Made by a program: the position numbers and the translations under genes
Shown here: piece after piece, positions 55,138 to 64,000 of the stretch
How the letters are laid out: each line of letters begins with the position of its first letter
Numbering within the stretch: position 1 is the stretch's first letter
Notes under the pieces: model-generated
What the model saw: the letters and a program-made list of their open reading frames with translations, nothing else
Database searches by the model: none
Told to the model about the DNA's origin: nothing
NCBI GenBank assembly: GCA_017456555.1
Contig: JAFTJF010000003.1
Span: 64,404-128,403 of the forward strand
Source: Clostridia bacterium
Lineage (GTDB): Bacteria > Bacillota > Clostridia > TANB77 > CAG-508
Direction of reading: 5' to 3'
Length of the DNA: 64,000 nt

Positions 55138-55641
55138 ATGACAAACAAGCTAGTAAAAATGGCCAAAGCAGGAAACAAAGAAGCATTTAATCAATTAATT
55201 ATTCATTATCAAAATGATTTATATAGAATTGCAAAAAGTAGATTATATAACGAAGATGATGTATGTGATGCTATACAAGAAACTATTTTAACTGCATATC
55301 AATCAATTGATAAACTTGTAAAAACTTCTAGTTTCAAAGCATGGATTATAAAAATTTTAATTAATAATTGTAATAAAATTTATCAAACAAATAAAACTTC
55401 GACTTCTCTTTTTACAGAAAATGATCTTTCTCTATCTTATGGACTAGAATCAAATCTTGAATTTTTAAATTTAATGAATTCTTTAAGTATAGATGAAAGA
55501 ACAATTTTCATTCTTTATTATCAAGATGGTTATAGCACAAAAGAAATCTCAAAAATTTTAGATATTAATCATAATACGGTTCGTAGCAAAATGCTTCGAG
55601 CCAAAAGTAAACTCGAAAATATCTTAAAGGAGGTGTTATAG
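55138..55641 (+). CDS. ECF-type sigma-70 family sigma factor
   Basis: AAAGGAGGA RBS. Region 2 is DAIQETILTAYQSIDKL..FKAWIIKILINNC. Region 4 is IFILYYQDGYSTKEISKILDINHNTVRSKMLRAKSKL. Confidence 0.85.
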   Translation: MTNKLVKMAKAGNKEAFNQLIIHYQNDLYRIAKSRLYNEDDVCDAIQETILTAYQSIDKLVKTSSFKAWIIKILINNCNKIYQTNKTSTSLFTENDLSLSYGLESNLEFLNLMNSLSIDERTIFILYYQDGYSTKEISKILDINHNTVRSKMLRAKSKLENILKEVL

Positions 55642-55643
55642 TT

Positions 55644-57035
55644 ATGGATAAATTAGATAAAAAAATAAAATCAATAATGAACTCTAGTAACTTTCAAGAA
55701 TCAGATAAATTTCACTCTACAGTTACCCAAACATTAGAAAAACTTCCAAATAAAAAACAACATAAATTTAAAAACTTTAAAATTGCTTTAGCAACAGCTT
55801 GTTGCTCATTAATTTTAGTTACTGGTATCGTATTTGCAGAAGAAATTAAACAATATATTCATAAACAATTTAATTATTTTGGAACATCAGATGGTACTGG
55901 CACAGCTATTGAAAATGGATATGTTGCAGAACCAGAAATTTTAGTAACACAAGAAATACCTTTAATTCAAGATGGAAAAACTGTTGATACTCAAACTCTC
56001 AATATTTCTGTTGAAAGCTTTGTTATGGTAGATGAATCTTTAAATTTAGAACTTCATTTTGAATTTGACAATGATATAAATAACTACGTAGATTTAGGAA
56101 AAGAAGTCAACGGCTTTGTTAATTATGAAGGTTCTCATGCAATTGAACTAGCAGATTTATTCATTGTTGATGAAAATAACAATGTTATTTTTAATCAATA
56201 TCGTAATTACCAAAACAATAAACTATTTGTTGATTATTGCAATAAAAACAATATATCAATTGAAAATATTCCATTTAACAACAACGGTTACTATCAAGCA
56301 TTAGTACGAGAATACTTCTTTAACGAGAACACTTTAGGTGCAGATTATGTTATTAATATGGGATCTACTCCAGGTCTTCCAAAATCCAAAGAACTTCATA
56401 TATATTTTTCAGAAATTAGATTAATTCCTGATTCTACAAATCCTAATGGAAAAGAGGCTTCTATGCATGGAAATTGGGAATATCATTTGGAAGTACCAGA
56501 TATAATGTCTAATCGTACAAGTGGTTCTTATAAAGTAATAAGTTGTAGTCACCCAGACTTCACTGTTTATGAAACAGAATTAACAGAAACAAAATTTAAA
56601 ATTGGAATAGAAGTTCAAAATATTACTGAACCTGTTTATCCTGAAATGCTTGCCAAACATGAAGAAGAAATTAGACAAACAAATAATGGTAAACTATCTT
56701 TTGGATATGGTTCAAGAGAAGATATTGTTAAATTCTATGGTTCTGAGGAATATGCTGATATGCATATAAATTATAGAAATGAGTACGAATTATTTGGAGA
56801 TGCTATTAATCTATGGTTCCCATGGCAAGAACCAAGAGAGGCTTGTTATGTGATAAACGAAAATGGTGAAAAGTTTAGATTAAAACCAACTGAACCAAAC
56901 CCTTTCAAGGAAAATAATATTTACATTTATACAGCTGAATGTGATATGACAAAATATAATGCAACAGACAAAATAACTTTGTCTCTTCCATTTAAAGATG
57001 AAGTGGTTTCTATAGAATTAGTGAAAGTTGAATAA
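55644..57035 (+). CDS. anti-sigma factor with a DUF4179-type ectodomain
   Basis: Starts 2 nt after the sigma gene. Cytoplasmic N-terminus, TM segment (IALATACCSLILVTGIVFA) and an ectodomain homologous to the C-terminal part of 52177..53715. Confidence 0.65.
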   Translation: MDKLDKKIKSIMNSSNFQESDKFHSTVTQTLEKLPNKKQHKFKNFKIALATACCSLILVTGIVFAEEIKQYIHKQFNYFGTSDGTGTAIENGYVAEPEILVTQEIPLIQDGKTVDTQTLNISVESFVMVDESLNLELHFEFDNDINNYVDLGKEVNGFVNYEGSHAIELADLFIVDENNNVIFNQYRNYQNNKLFVDYCNKNNISIENIPFNNNGYYQALVREYFFNENTLGADYVINMGSTPGLPKSKELHIYFSEIRLIPDSTNPNGKEASMHGNWEYHLEVPDIMSNRTSGSYKVISCSHPDFTVYETELTETKFKIGIEVQNITEPVYPEMLAKHEEEIRQTNNGKLSFGYGSREDIVKFYGSEEYADMHINYRNEYELFGDAINLWFPWQEPREACYVINENGEKFRLKPTEPNPFKENNIYIYTAECDMTKYNATDKITLSLPFKDEVVSIELVKVE

Positions 57036-57043
57036 ATTTAAAA

Positions 57044-57074
57044 GGAAGTAGAAATTCTACTTCCTTTCTTTTTT
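57044..57074. terminator. bidirectional intrinsic terminator
   Basis: GGAAGTAGA-AAT-TCTACTTCC followed by a T-rich run. Confidence 0.7.
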
Positions 57075-57693
57075 ATTCTTCTATAATTGGTTTTGCTACA
57101 TTTTCATCCACTACTTTATCAAATTCAAATTTATATTCATGAACTATATTTATTGTTTCTAAATCGTCATTATATGTTACTGTTTTTATAAGCTCACCTG
57201 AAAATTGATCATAATATATTTCATAGTTTTTACCTGCTTTAAATACATAGCAACCATCTTTTGTTTCAACCATATTAGAAACGCAATTTTTAAATAGCGA
57301 AAATTCTTTTAATTTTATTAAGCTTTCTAACTCATTTATAACTTCAACATTATACTCAATGTCGTAATCTCCTTGTGTTGTTGTTACATATGCTAATCTT
57401 TCTCCAGATGATAAATCTCTCCAGTTAATTTCATTTAATTCATCATGATTATATACATATATTGTTTGAAGATTATCTTTAGTATATATTTCTTTTCTAA
57501 CAGAATAATCATAATCTGGCATTGACGAAGTTATTGTTACGTGACAATTATCTGATTTTATAATCTTATTTCCTTTAAGTCTTATTGTTCCAAAGATTAT
57601 TAAATTTTTTCCAAATACGCATAAAATTGCGATTAGTACAATAACTAGTATTACAATTAAAATTCTTAGTATTACTTTTAAAAATTTTTCCAT
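57073..57693 (-). CDS. N-terminally anchored extracytoplasmic protein (LolA-like/DUF4367-like paralog family)
   Basis: TM segment followed by a beta-rich domain. The C-terminal motif YKFEFDKVVDENVAKP is shared with several neighbours. Confidence 0.5.
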   Translation of the reverse strand: MEKFLKVILRILIVILVIVLIAILCVFGKNLIIFGTIRLKGNKIIKSDNCHVTITSSMPDYDYSVRKEIYTKDNLQTIYVYNHDELNEINWRDLSSGERLAYVTTTQGDYDIEYNVEVINELESLIKLKEFSLFKNCVSNMVETKDGCYVFKAGKNYEIYYDQFSGELIKTVTYNDDLETINIVHEYKFEFDKVVDENVAKPIIEE

Positions 57694-57781
57694 AGCAATA
57701 TCACTCTCTTTTCATTTGATTACTTTTTCATTATAACATATCGAAAATTTTATGGCAATAATATATATTTGTGTTTATTGA

Positions 57782-58768
57782 TTATTGGTTATTAATTTTT
57801 TCATAAATTTCTCTCATTGTTTCATCTAACTTACACTCTATATTATTTATTTTATAATCCTTATATTGTTCTCCCTCTAAAATAGATTCATCTACATCTG
57901 CATCTGTTACTACACCCTCTTCTAGTGTAAATACTTCTTCATGATAAAAATTTTCAGAGCCAGATACCACTCTTACTAAATCACCTGTTTCTTTCTCTAT
58001 ATAATTTTCTCTAAAAGTTCCATTATATGCATCACTTATAACATAGCATTCTTTATTATTAAACATTTCAGTTCTTACTTTTAATCCTAATCTATGAACT
58101 CCCGCATCAGTTTCCATTGTTCTTGAAATAATTATATTTAAAGTATCTCTTTTTACTTCTGGGAGATAATCATATGTTGCTTTATCAATTTGTTTTAGAG
58201 AATGAAATACACTAGCACTTTCATATCCATAATCATCACTAAATATTATTGTTTCTTCTATCATCTTACCATCTTTTAAATAAGAAATAACCTCTTTATT
58301 TTTTCCGTCTTTATAATAACATACAGCTTCACTTACACTTGTTTCATTTGTTTCTTTATTAATTTGAGTTGTTTTTTGCACTAATTTATAATTATTAGAA
58401 TTTCTTTGCATATCTAACATTTTTACAATATTTAAGTCGTTAATACTATCTATATACACAATTTTAAAATAGAAATAAAACATAAGTACTAATATTGTGA
58501 CAATAATTCCAAACAATATCCATTTTAAAATTGTCATTTTTTTATTAACTTTTTTCAAATGATCCACCTCTGTTTGGTCATTAATCTTTTCTTTTCCTTC
58601 CTCATAAAAAATATCAGCACTCATATCTTCATAATATTTTTGACAATCTTTGCACTCTTTCAAATGCTTATCTACAAATTCTTTGCTGTTTTTACTTAGC
58701 ATATTATCTATATGTAGTGAAGATAAGTCTTTTACAATATCACATTCTTCTTTTTTATTCATTTTCAA
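57782..58768 (-). CDS. zinc-binding anti-sigma factor (ZAS-type) with a LolA-like ectodomain
   Basis: HLKECKDCQKYYEDM (the H-x3-C-x2-C motif), a TM segment and an ectodomain. Overlaps the sigma gene by 14 nt. Confidence 0.7.
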   Translation of the reverse strand: MKMNKKEECDIVKDLSSLHIDNMLSKNSKEFVDKHLKECKDCQKYYEDMSADIFYEEGKEKINDQTEVDHLKKVNKKMTILKWILFGIIVTILVLMFYFYFKIVYIDSINDLNIVKMLDMQRNSNNYKLVQKTTQINKETNETSVSEAVCYYKDGKNKEVISYLKDGKMIEETIIFSDDYGYESASVFHSLKQIDKATYDYLPEVKRDTLNIIISRTMETDAGVHRLGLKVRTEMFNNKECYVISDAYNGTFRENYIEKETGDLVRVVSGSENFYHEEVFTLEEGVVTDADVDESILEGEQYKDYKINNIECKLDETMREIYEKINNQ

Positions 58769-59237
58769 ACTCCTCCTTCAATTTTACTTTTGCTCTATAA
58801 AATGTCACCCTCGCCCACTGTTCTGATTGTCCTATTATTGTTCCAATTTCTTTAAAACTCAAATCTGCTCTAATTCTTAAATAGATTACTTCTCTAGTTT
58901 TTTCATCTAATTTATGAATCTTTTTATACAAATCTATAACCGCTTCTTTATTTGAAAATTCCTCTTCAAAAGAATTTACTAATAAAAATTTTTCTTCTAT
59001 CTCATCAATTCTGGTTTCATTTGTTTGTTTTATTTTTTTCAAATAATCTAACCACTTATTTTTTGCAATCCTGCAAAGCCACGTTTTTAGTGCAGCTTCT
59101 CCCCTATATTTATTAATATTTTTTACAGCACTATAAAAAGTTTCTTGCATTAATTCTTCTGCAATTTCAGGATTATTTGTAAGAGATATAAGATAGCTAT
59201 ATACAATTTTCGAGTACTCTTTATATATTTCTTCCAT
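58755..59237 (-). CDS. ECF sigma factor
   Basis: EELMQETFYSAVKNINKYRGEAALKTWLCRIAKNKWLDYLKK (region 2) and VIYLRIRADLSFKEIGTIIGQSEQWARVTFYRAKVKLK (region 4). Confidence 0.85.
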   Translation of the reverse strand: MEEIYKEYSKIVYSYLISLTNNPEIAEELMQETFYSAVKNINKYRGEAALKTWLCRIAKNKWLDYLKKIKQTNETRIDEIEEKFLLVNSFEEEFSNKEAVIDLYKKIHKLDEKTREVIYLRIRADLSFKEIGTIIGQSEQWARVTFYRAKVKLKEEFENE

Positions 59238-59455
59238 CCTTTTCTCCTTTCTATATATACTGACTATTATTTTCTTTAATTCGTTACAAATTTATTATAA
59301 ATTATTTAAAATATTATAAAAACAAAAACTTTATCTTTTTAATAATTATTGCTTTTACAATAATTATATTTAACCAAAAAAGAGATTACAATTAGTGAAA
59401 TATATTTAAAATCACTTCATAATTTGTAATCTCCTTTATTTGATTTCATATATAA

Positions 59456-60148
59456 TTATCTAGGTTCGTCATCATCTAAATTTGCTGGATTAGATTTTGA
59501 TTTTGCTTGACTTGCTATATATTCTTCTATTCTTTTTCTCTCAGCTTCATCTTTTTTCTTTTTGTCTCTTAAAACACCTTTTATATATTTAGGATCAAGT
59601 TTTAAATGTTCTGCATAGGCTCCTATAATTTCTTCACCCATTGCTTTTCTATCTTTTGCATCTTCTATAACAGCTACACGTTTTCCTAAAAAGCTATATA
59701 AATCTTTTTCTATTATCTCTCTCTTTTTTTGTTTTACAATAGTTGCAACTATTGGCTCTGTCATTTCTTTTGAAACACCTGTAACTTCACAAAAAGTTGA
59801 CATCATTTCATTAGTTTTATCTTCATCCCAAATAGCTCCGCTTTTAATTAATATTGCTGCTAAATTTCCTCTTATTAAAGATTCTTGACCTCTTTTTGAT
59901 TCAGGAATTATATCTTGCATTTTAATATTTATTCCTTTTTTCAATAATGAATTTACTTTTTCAAGAGTTTCTTTTATTGGATATTTTCTTTCACAGCAAT
60001 ATCTAATAAAATACTCTTGTACATTATTTTTTATTGTAGATGGGTCTGGTGATTCATGAAACAATTCGATTGCTTTTACTAAAACCCATTCTATTTCTGC
60101 AATTTCTTTTCCTGTAAATTCAAATGATTTATTTATATTATTTTCCAT
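59456..60148 (-). CDS. hypothetical cytoplasmic protein (230 aa)
   Basis: Start moved to the ATG at 60148 (MENNINKSF), behind a GGAGAA RBS. No family recognised. Confidence 0.5.
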   Translation of the reverse strand: MENNINKSFEFTGKEIAEIEWVLVKAIELFHESPDPSTIKNNVQEYFIRYCCERKYPIKETLEKVNSLLKKGINIKMQDIIPESKRGQESLIRGNLAAILIKSGAIWDEDKTNEMMSTFCEVTGVSKEMTEPIVATIVKQKKREIIEKDLYSFLGKRVAVIEDAKDRKAMGEEIIGAYAEHLKLDPKYIKGVLRDKKKKDEAERKRIEEYIASQAKSKSNPANLDDDEPR

Positions 60149-60311
60149 ATAATTCTCCGCTTTATTATATTTTAACTTACTAACATCTTTAATTATACTA
60201 CTTTTCTTGAAAATAGGCAAATTTGCCTATTTAATTTTCTTTATTTATGTTATATTTACTTTGTAACAAATTTAGAATTTTTACGTCTTATATTATAGAA
60301 AGGAGTAAAAC

Positions 60312-60809
60312 ATGCAGGAAATTGAACAGATTTACAAAAAATATTATACAGTTGTATATAAATATTTATTTTGTTTGACTCATAATTCAGATATTGCAGA
60401 AGAATTAACTCAAGAAACTTTCTATAAAATGATAAAGAAAATTGACACTTTTAAAGGAAATTCAAAACTTTCTGTATGGCTTTGCGAAATTGCAAAAAAC
60501 CTTTGGTATGATGAATTGAGAAAAAAGAAATATCAAACAGTGTCTTATGATGAAATTGAAGTATCAGATTCCACAGCCTATAAACAAAATGTGGAAAACA
60601 ATTACATAAATAAAGAAGAATTTGATGAAACAACAAAAAGAATTGAAACCTTAGACAATTTATCAAAAAGAGTTTTATATCTAAGATTAAATTCGGACAT
60701 GTCATTTAAAGAAATTGGTGATATTTTAGGAAAAACGGAAACTTGGGCTAGAGTTACTTTTTATAGAGCCAAACAAAAAATAAAGGAGGATTGCAGCGAT
60801 GGAAAATAA
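60312..60809 (+). CDS. ECF sigma factor (paralog of 58755..59237)
   Basis: EELTQETFYKMIKKIDTFKGNSKLSVWLCEIAKNLWYDELRKK and VLYLRLNSDMSFKEIGDILGKTETWARVTFYRAKQKIK. Confidence 0.85.
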   Translation: MQEIEQIYKKYYTVVYKYLFCLTHNSDIAEELTQETFYKMIKKIDTFKGNSKLSVWLCEIAKNLWYDELRKKKYQTVSYDEIEVSDSTAYKQNVENNYINKEEFDETTKRIETLDNLSKRVLYLRLNSDMSFKEIGDILGKTETWARVTFYRAKQKIKEDCSDGK

Positions 60810-61665
60810 ATGTAAAATTATACAAGATTTGTTACCTACATATATAGAAAATTTAACATCAGAGGAAACAACAAAATTTATTGAAGAACATTTAAAAAAT
60901 TGTTCTGAATGTCAAACAGTTTATAACAATATGAAAGAATCACTTGAACAAGAAACTCTTGAAAACACTGAAACTGTTAAGAAGATAAAAAAATATAAAA
61001 GAAGAATAAGATTAATAAAAACTATTTTCGTGTTAGCTATTTTAGCTCTTCCTATAGTTTTTGTAGCAAATACAATTTTTAAGTTTTATGTTATAAGAAG
61101 TGCTTATACTAGAAACACAAATTATAAAAATTTTGAAAGTTTTACAGTAGAATATTATGAAGAAAGTATCGAACGTTATTCCAAACATTACACAACTTAT
61201 TATAAAGATGATGTTATGAAAAAATATTATGGAGATGAGCCAATCGAGTTTTATGATGGCGAAAATCATTACTTCTTTGATAATGAAAATATGACATACT
61301 GGGTAAAAAAAGAAAAAGTTAATACAAATTTAAATATTGATATAAGCATTTTAGACGGTATGGAAAATATTGTAAAAGATAATGGAAAAATCAGCAATCT
61401 TGAAATTTTAAAATTTGTTTTATTTCAAGACGATTTAGAAATAATTGCAAATTCTGCTTTTAGAGAGAAGCCATATTATTTAGTAACTTGCAATAATGAA
61501 AGAATCTATTTAGACAATGATACTTTCTATGCAGAACGACTTATTGAAAAAGAAAACGAAGAAACTCGTGAAGAAGCTTATGAATACAGAATTACAACAG
61601 GAAATGTTAATTATAGACAAATTCAGCTTCCAGACCTTTCAAAATATACTCAAATAGAAAAATAA
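60799..61665 (+). CDS. zinc-binding anti-sigma factor (ZAS-type) with a LolA-like ectodomain
   Basis: HLKNCSECQTVYNNM, a TM segment and an ectodomain. Overlaps the sigma gene by 11 nt. Confidence 0.7.
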   Translation: MENKCKIIQDLLPTYIENLTSEETTKFIEEHLKNCSECQTVYNNMKESLEQETLENTETVKKIKKYKRRIRLIKTIFVLAILALPIVFVANTIFKFYVIRSAYTRNTNYKNFESFTVEYYEESIERYSKHYTTYYKDDVMKKYYGDEPIEFYDGENHYFFDNENMTYWVKKEKVNTNLNIDISILDGMENIVKDNGKISNLEILKFVLFQDDLEIIANSAFREKPYYLVTCNNERIYLDNDTFYAERLIEKENEETREEAYEYRITTGNVNYRQIQLPDLSKYTQIEK

Positions 61666-61686
61666 TCTAGAAAGGAAATAATTAAT

Positions 61687-62346
61687 ATGGAAAATAATAA
61701 AGAAGAATTAAAAAAATTAGAATCTCAATATAATAGATATATGAAAATAATAAAATTTATTTTACTTATAGTTGCATTTGTTCTTTTAATACTTGCAACA
61801 AGATTTTTCTATATCTTTTCAATTATGAGCAAATCAATCAAAACCGAATATGCCGATTTAACAAACAAAAACATGAAAAAAACTTATTCATACACTTATC
61901 CAGACTATCCTGAAGAAAATATTGATTGCATATATTATTGTAAAGATGGAATTACTGTTATGGAAACAAGTTTCTTCAAAAACTATACTATAGATAATAA
62001 AATTTATAATTTTTATCCTTTTGCAGAAGAAAAAACTTATTCTGTACACGATAATGTTCAAAGTGAAACCTGGGAAGATTTGAGTTTCTTCAAAAAAATT
62101 GCAGTTATTGCAGTAAAAACAAGTTCTTATTTCACTTCTAATATTGGCCACGAGGAATTGAATGGTCAAAAATGCATTGTTTTCACTGAAGAAAACGAAA
62201 AAGCTTATTATGATGCTAAAACATGTTTACATATAAGAACTTTATCATCAAATTCAATAACAGATATAAAATACGAATTTGACGTTGTAACTGATGAAGA
62301 TATTAAATTACCAGATTTAAGCGAGTATGTTTTAGATGAAGATTAA
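61687..62346 (+). CDS. N-terminally anchored extracytoplasmic protein (same paralog family as 57073..57693)
   Basis: TM segment and beta-rich domain. C-terminus IKYEFDVVTDEDIKLPDLSEY. Confidence 0.5.
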   Translation: MENNKEELKKLESQYNRYMKIIKFILLIVAFVLLILATRFFYIFSIMSKSIKTEYADLTNKNMKKTYSYTYPDYPEENIDCIYYCKDGITVMETSFFKNYTIDNKIYNFYPFAEEKTYSVHDNVQSETWEDLSFFKKIAVIAVKTSSYFTSNIGHEELNGQKCIVFTEENEKAYYDAKTCLHIRTLSSNSITDIKYEFDVVTDEDIKLPDLSEYVLDED

Positions 62347-62540
62347 TAGTTAAGATATTTAAAAAATTATATAATAAAATATACATGAAAAGCACCTCAA
62401 TTTATGAACCAACTTCCAAAGTTCATTTAATTGAAGTGCTTTTTTGTTATAAATACTAGTCTTCACCCAATTGAATCATTTTTATATTGTTTTTTATTCT
62501 ATATCTTATTTTGCCTTTTATTTTTAATTTATATATAAAC

Positions 62541-63599
62541 TTATAATTCAGGAACTGTCACATCATCTATATTTGGTTTTATTTTACTCATTTGAATTGA
62601 CACTATTTCTCTAGTTTCAGCAATATCATTTTTATAATCATCTGAATAAAATGCCATCCAATTTGAATTTGGTGTAATAGTCAAGCTTAATACATCTTCC
62701 TTTTCCAAATTATTTCTATCTCCAAAACTCCATGCATAAGTTTTTATATTATGCTTTCGCCATTCAAATGCAGTAATTGAATTTTCTGAATTTTCAGCAA
62801 TCAATTTTGATGGATTTGCTCTATTAAAATAATTTTCATCAAGAACATTTCTAATTTTATCTAAAGGAGAAATAAATGTATAATCATCTATAACTTTATG
62901 GCTCCAATCATCTGTATAAACTTCCACAACGCCATTATATGAATATGTATTTGTTTTCCAATCATAGCCGTATTCATTTATATTGGATAAATCTATATAT
63001 ATCTGTTTTTTTATTTTTTCAGAATTCTCTCCATCATACTCTGTAACTTTAACTAATCTTTTATCATCTTCAAAATACATATGATATTGTCTATTCGTTT
63101 CTATTATTTTATCATTTTCTTTTTTACTATATTTTTCTGTTATAAGATAACTTCCTTCATAATTAACAATCTCTTTATATGCATTCATTACCTTTTCAAT
63201 ATCTTTTTCTCTTTTGTATAAATTCATCTTATTAGAAATAACTTTATAAGCAACAATTATTATCAAACTAATTATAATCGCAGTAATTAATTTTTTTATA
63301 AATTCTTCTTTGCTTTTTAAAAATTTTGAAATTTTATTCCATAATTCATTTTGCGTTTTATCTGAATCTGTTTTATTTTGTTGATTATTTATATCTAATT
63401 CTTCTTTTACTAATGCATCTACACTAATATTAAATAAATTTGCAAGAGCTATTAATTTATCAAGTTCTGGAACGGCTTTTCCTGTTTCCCATTTAGAAAC
63501 AGTTTGTCTTGAAACATCTAGTTTATCAGCTAATTCTTCTTGACTCCAATTATTAATTTTTCTATACTCAAATATTTTATCATTTAGTTTCATTGGCAT
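62541..63599 (-). CDS. membrane-tethered XRE-family HTH regulator with an extracytoplasmic domain
   Basis: HTH WSQEELADKLDVSRQTVSKWETGKAVPELDKLIALANLFNISVDALV, a TM segment (ITAIIISLIIIVAY) and a roughly 230-aa ectodomain. Confidence 0.75.
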   Translation of the reverse strand: MPMKLNDKIFEYRKINNWSQEELADKLDVSRQTVSKWETGKAVPELDKLIALANLFNISVDALVKEELDINNQQNKTDSDKTQNELWNKISKFLKSKEEFIKKLITAIIISLIIIVAYKVISNKMNLYKREKDIEKVMNAYKEIVNYEGSYLITEKYSKKENDKIIETNRQYHMYFEDDKRLVKVTEYDGENSEKIKKQIYIDLSNINEYGYDWKTNTYSYNGVVEVYTDDWSHKVIDDYTFISPLDKIRNVLDENYFNRANPSKLIAENSENSITAFEWRKHNIKTYAWSFGDRNNLEKEDVLSLTITPNSNWMAFYSDDYKNDIAETREIVSIQMSKIKPNIDDVTVPEL

Positions 63600-63676
63600 T
63601 CCTCCTTTGTAAAAAAGTATATATTAATTATACAATTAATATCAAAATTATGCCACCACCAAATGTTTGAAGTTTA

Positions 63677-63691
63677 GCAACTAATAGTTGC
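63677..63691. promoter_or_regulatory. candidate operator palindrome upstream of the XRE regulator gene
   Basis: GCAACT-AAT-AGTTGC perfect inverted repeat about 80 nt upstream of the start at 63599. Confidence 0.25.
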
Positions 63692-63767
63692 AATGATTAT
63701 ATTTCAAAGATTTTCTTTAAAAATTATAATAAACTCTAAAAACTTTTTAAAAAGTTTCAAAAAAACG

Positions 63768-63796
63768 TTGACAAAACGTTTCCAGTGTGGTAATAT
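63768..63796 (+). promoter_or_regulatory. sigma-A promoter TTGACA-17-TAATAT for the tRNA pair
   Basis: TTGACA at 63768..63773 and TAATAT at 63791..63796, 15 nt upstream of the tRNA. Confidence 0.6.
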
Positions 63797-63810
63797 TATT
63801 ACTGTCGTAT

Positions 63811-63887
<77 letters not shown>

Positions 63888-63921
63888 AAAGTCTTCTTTT
63901 TAAGAAGACTTTTATATATAT

Positions 63922-63997
63922 CGAGGTGTGGCTCAGTTGGTAGAGCGCGTGGTTTGGGACCATGAGGTCGCAGGTTCGATCCCTGTCACCTCGACCA
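63922..63997 (+). tRNA. tRNA-Pro (anticodon UGG)
   Basis: Hand-folded. Acceptor CGAGGUG/CACCUCG, D arm GCUCAGUUGGUAGAGC, anticodon loop UUUGGGA, T arm GCAGGUUCGAUCCCUGU, encoded CCA. Confidence 0.9.
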
Positions 63998-64000
63998 CTA

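Overview
AT-rich Firmicutes-type chromosomal window (about 25% GC, with several GC-richer islets). Housekeeping envelope genes lie at 3.8-11.1 kb: signal peptidase I, ComEA, a D-Ala-D-Ala carboxypeptidase, an LCP protein and CvpA. A tRNA-Arg(ACG) at 11216..11292 is the insertion site of a roughly 22-kb island bounded by a direct repeat of the tRNA 3' end (11280..11293 and 33515..33528). The island has a mobilizable module (tyrosine integrase, Xis-like protein, MobV relaxase, oriT-like inverted-repeat cluster, JAB/RadC and DUF3846 proteins, XRE regulator). It also carries a nine-gene Wzx/Wzy-type pyruvylated EPS/CPS operon (20.5-30.2 kb). The most unusual feature is the head of that operon. A TnpB-like gene appears by eye to have lost RuvC catalytic residues (TldR-like). 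It is preceded by a 1.1-kb cassette in which a tyrosine recombinase gene and an outward promoter are bracketed by 28-nt inverted core sites, which suggests a phase-variation switch. The rest of the window holds seven sigma-70/ECF-like sigma factor genes (an eighth sigma-like gene lies in the island), most with coupled anti-sigma genes and one fused directly to a membrane anchor and ectodomain. It also holds a CotH-VTC-DUF4956 cluster, a 1608-aa repetitive HExxH protein, an HNH/ParB-like nuclease next to a candidate type I toxin-antitoxin locus, and tRNA-Arg(UCU) and tRNA-Pro(UGG) at the 3' edge. No CRISPR array, rRNA gene or prophage structural module was seen. All functional calls come from motif recognition by eye, not from database searches.
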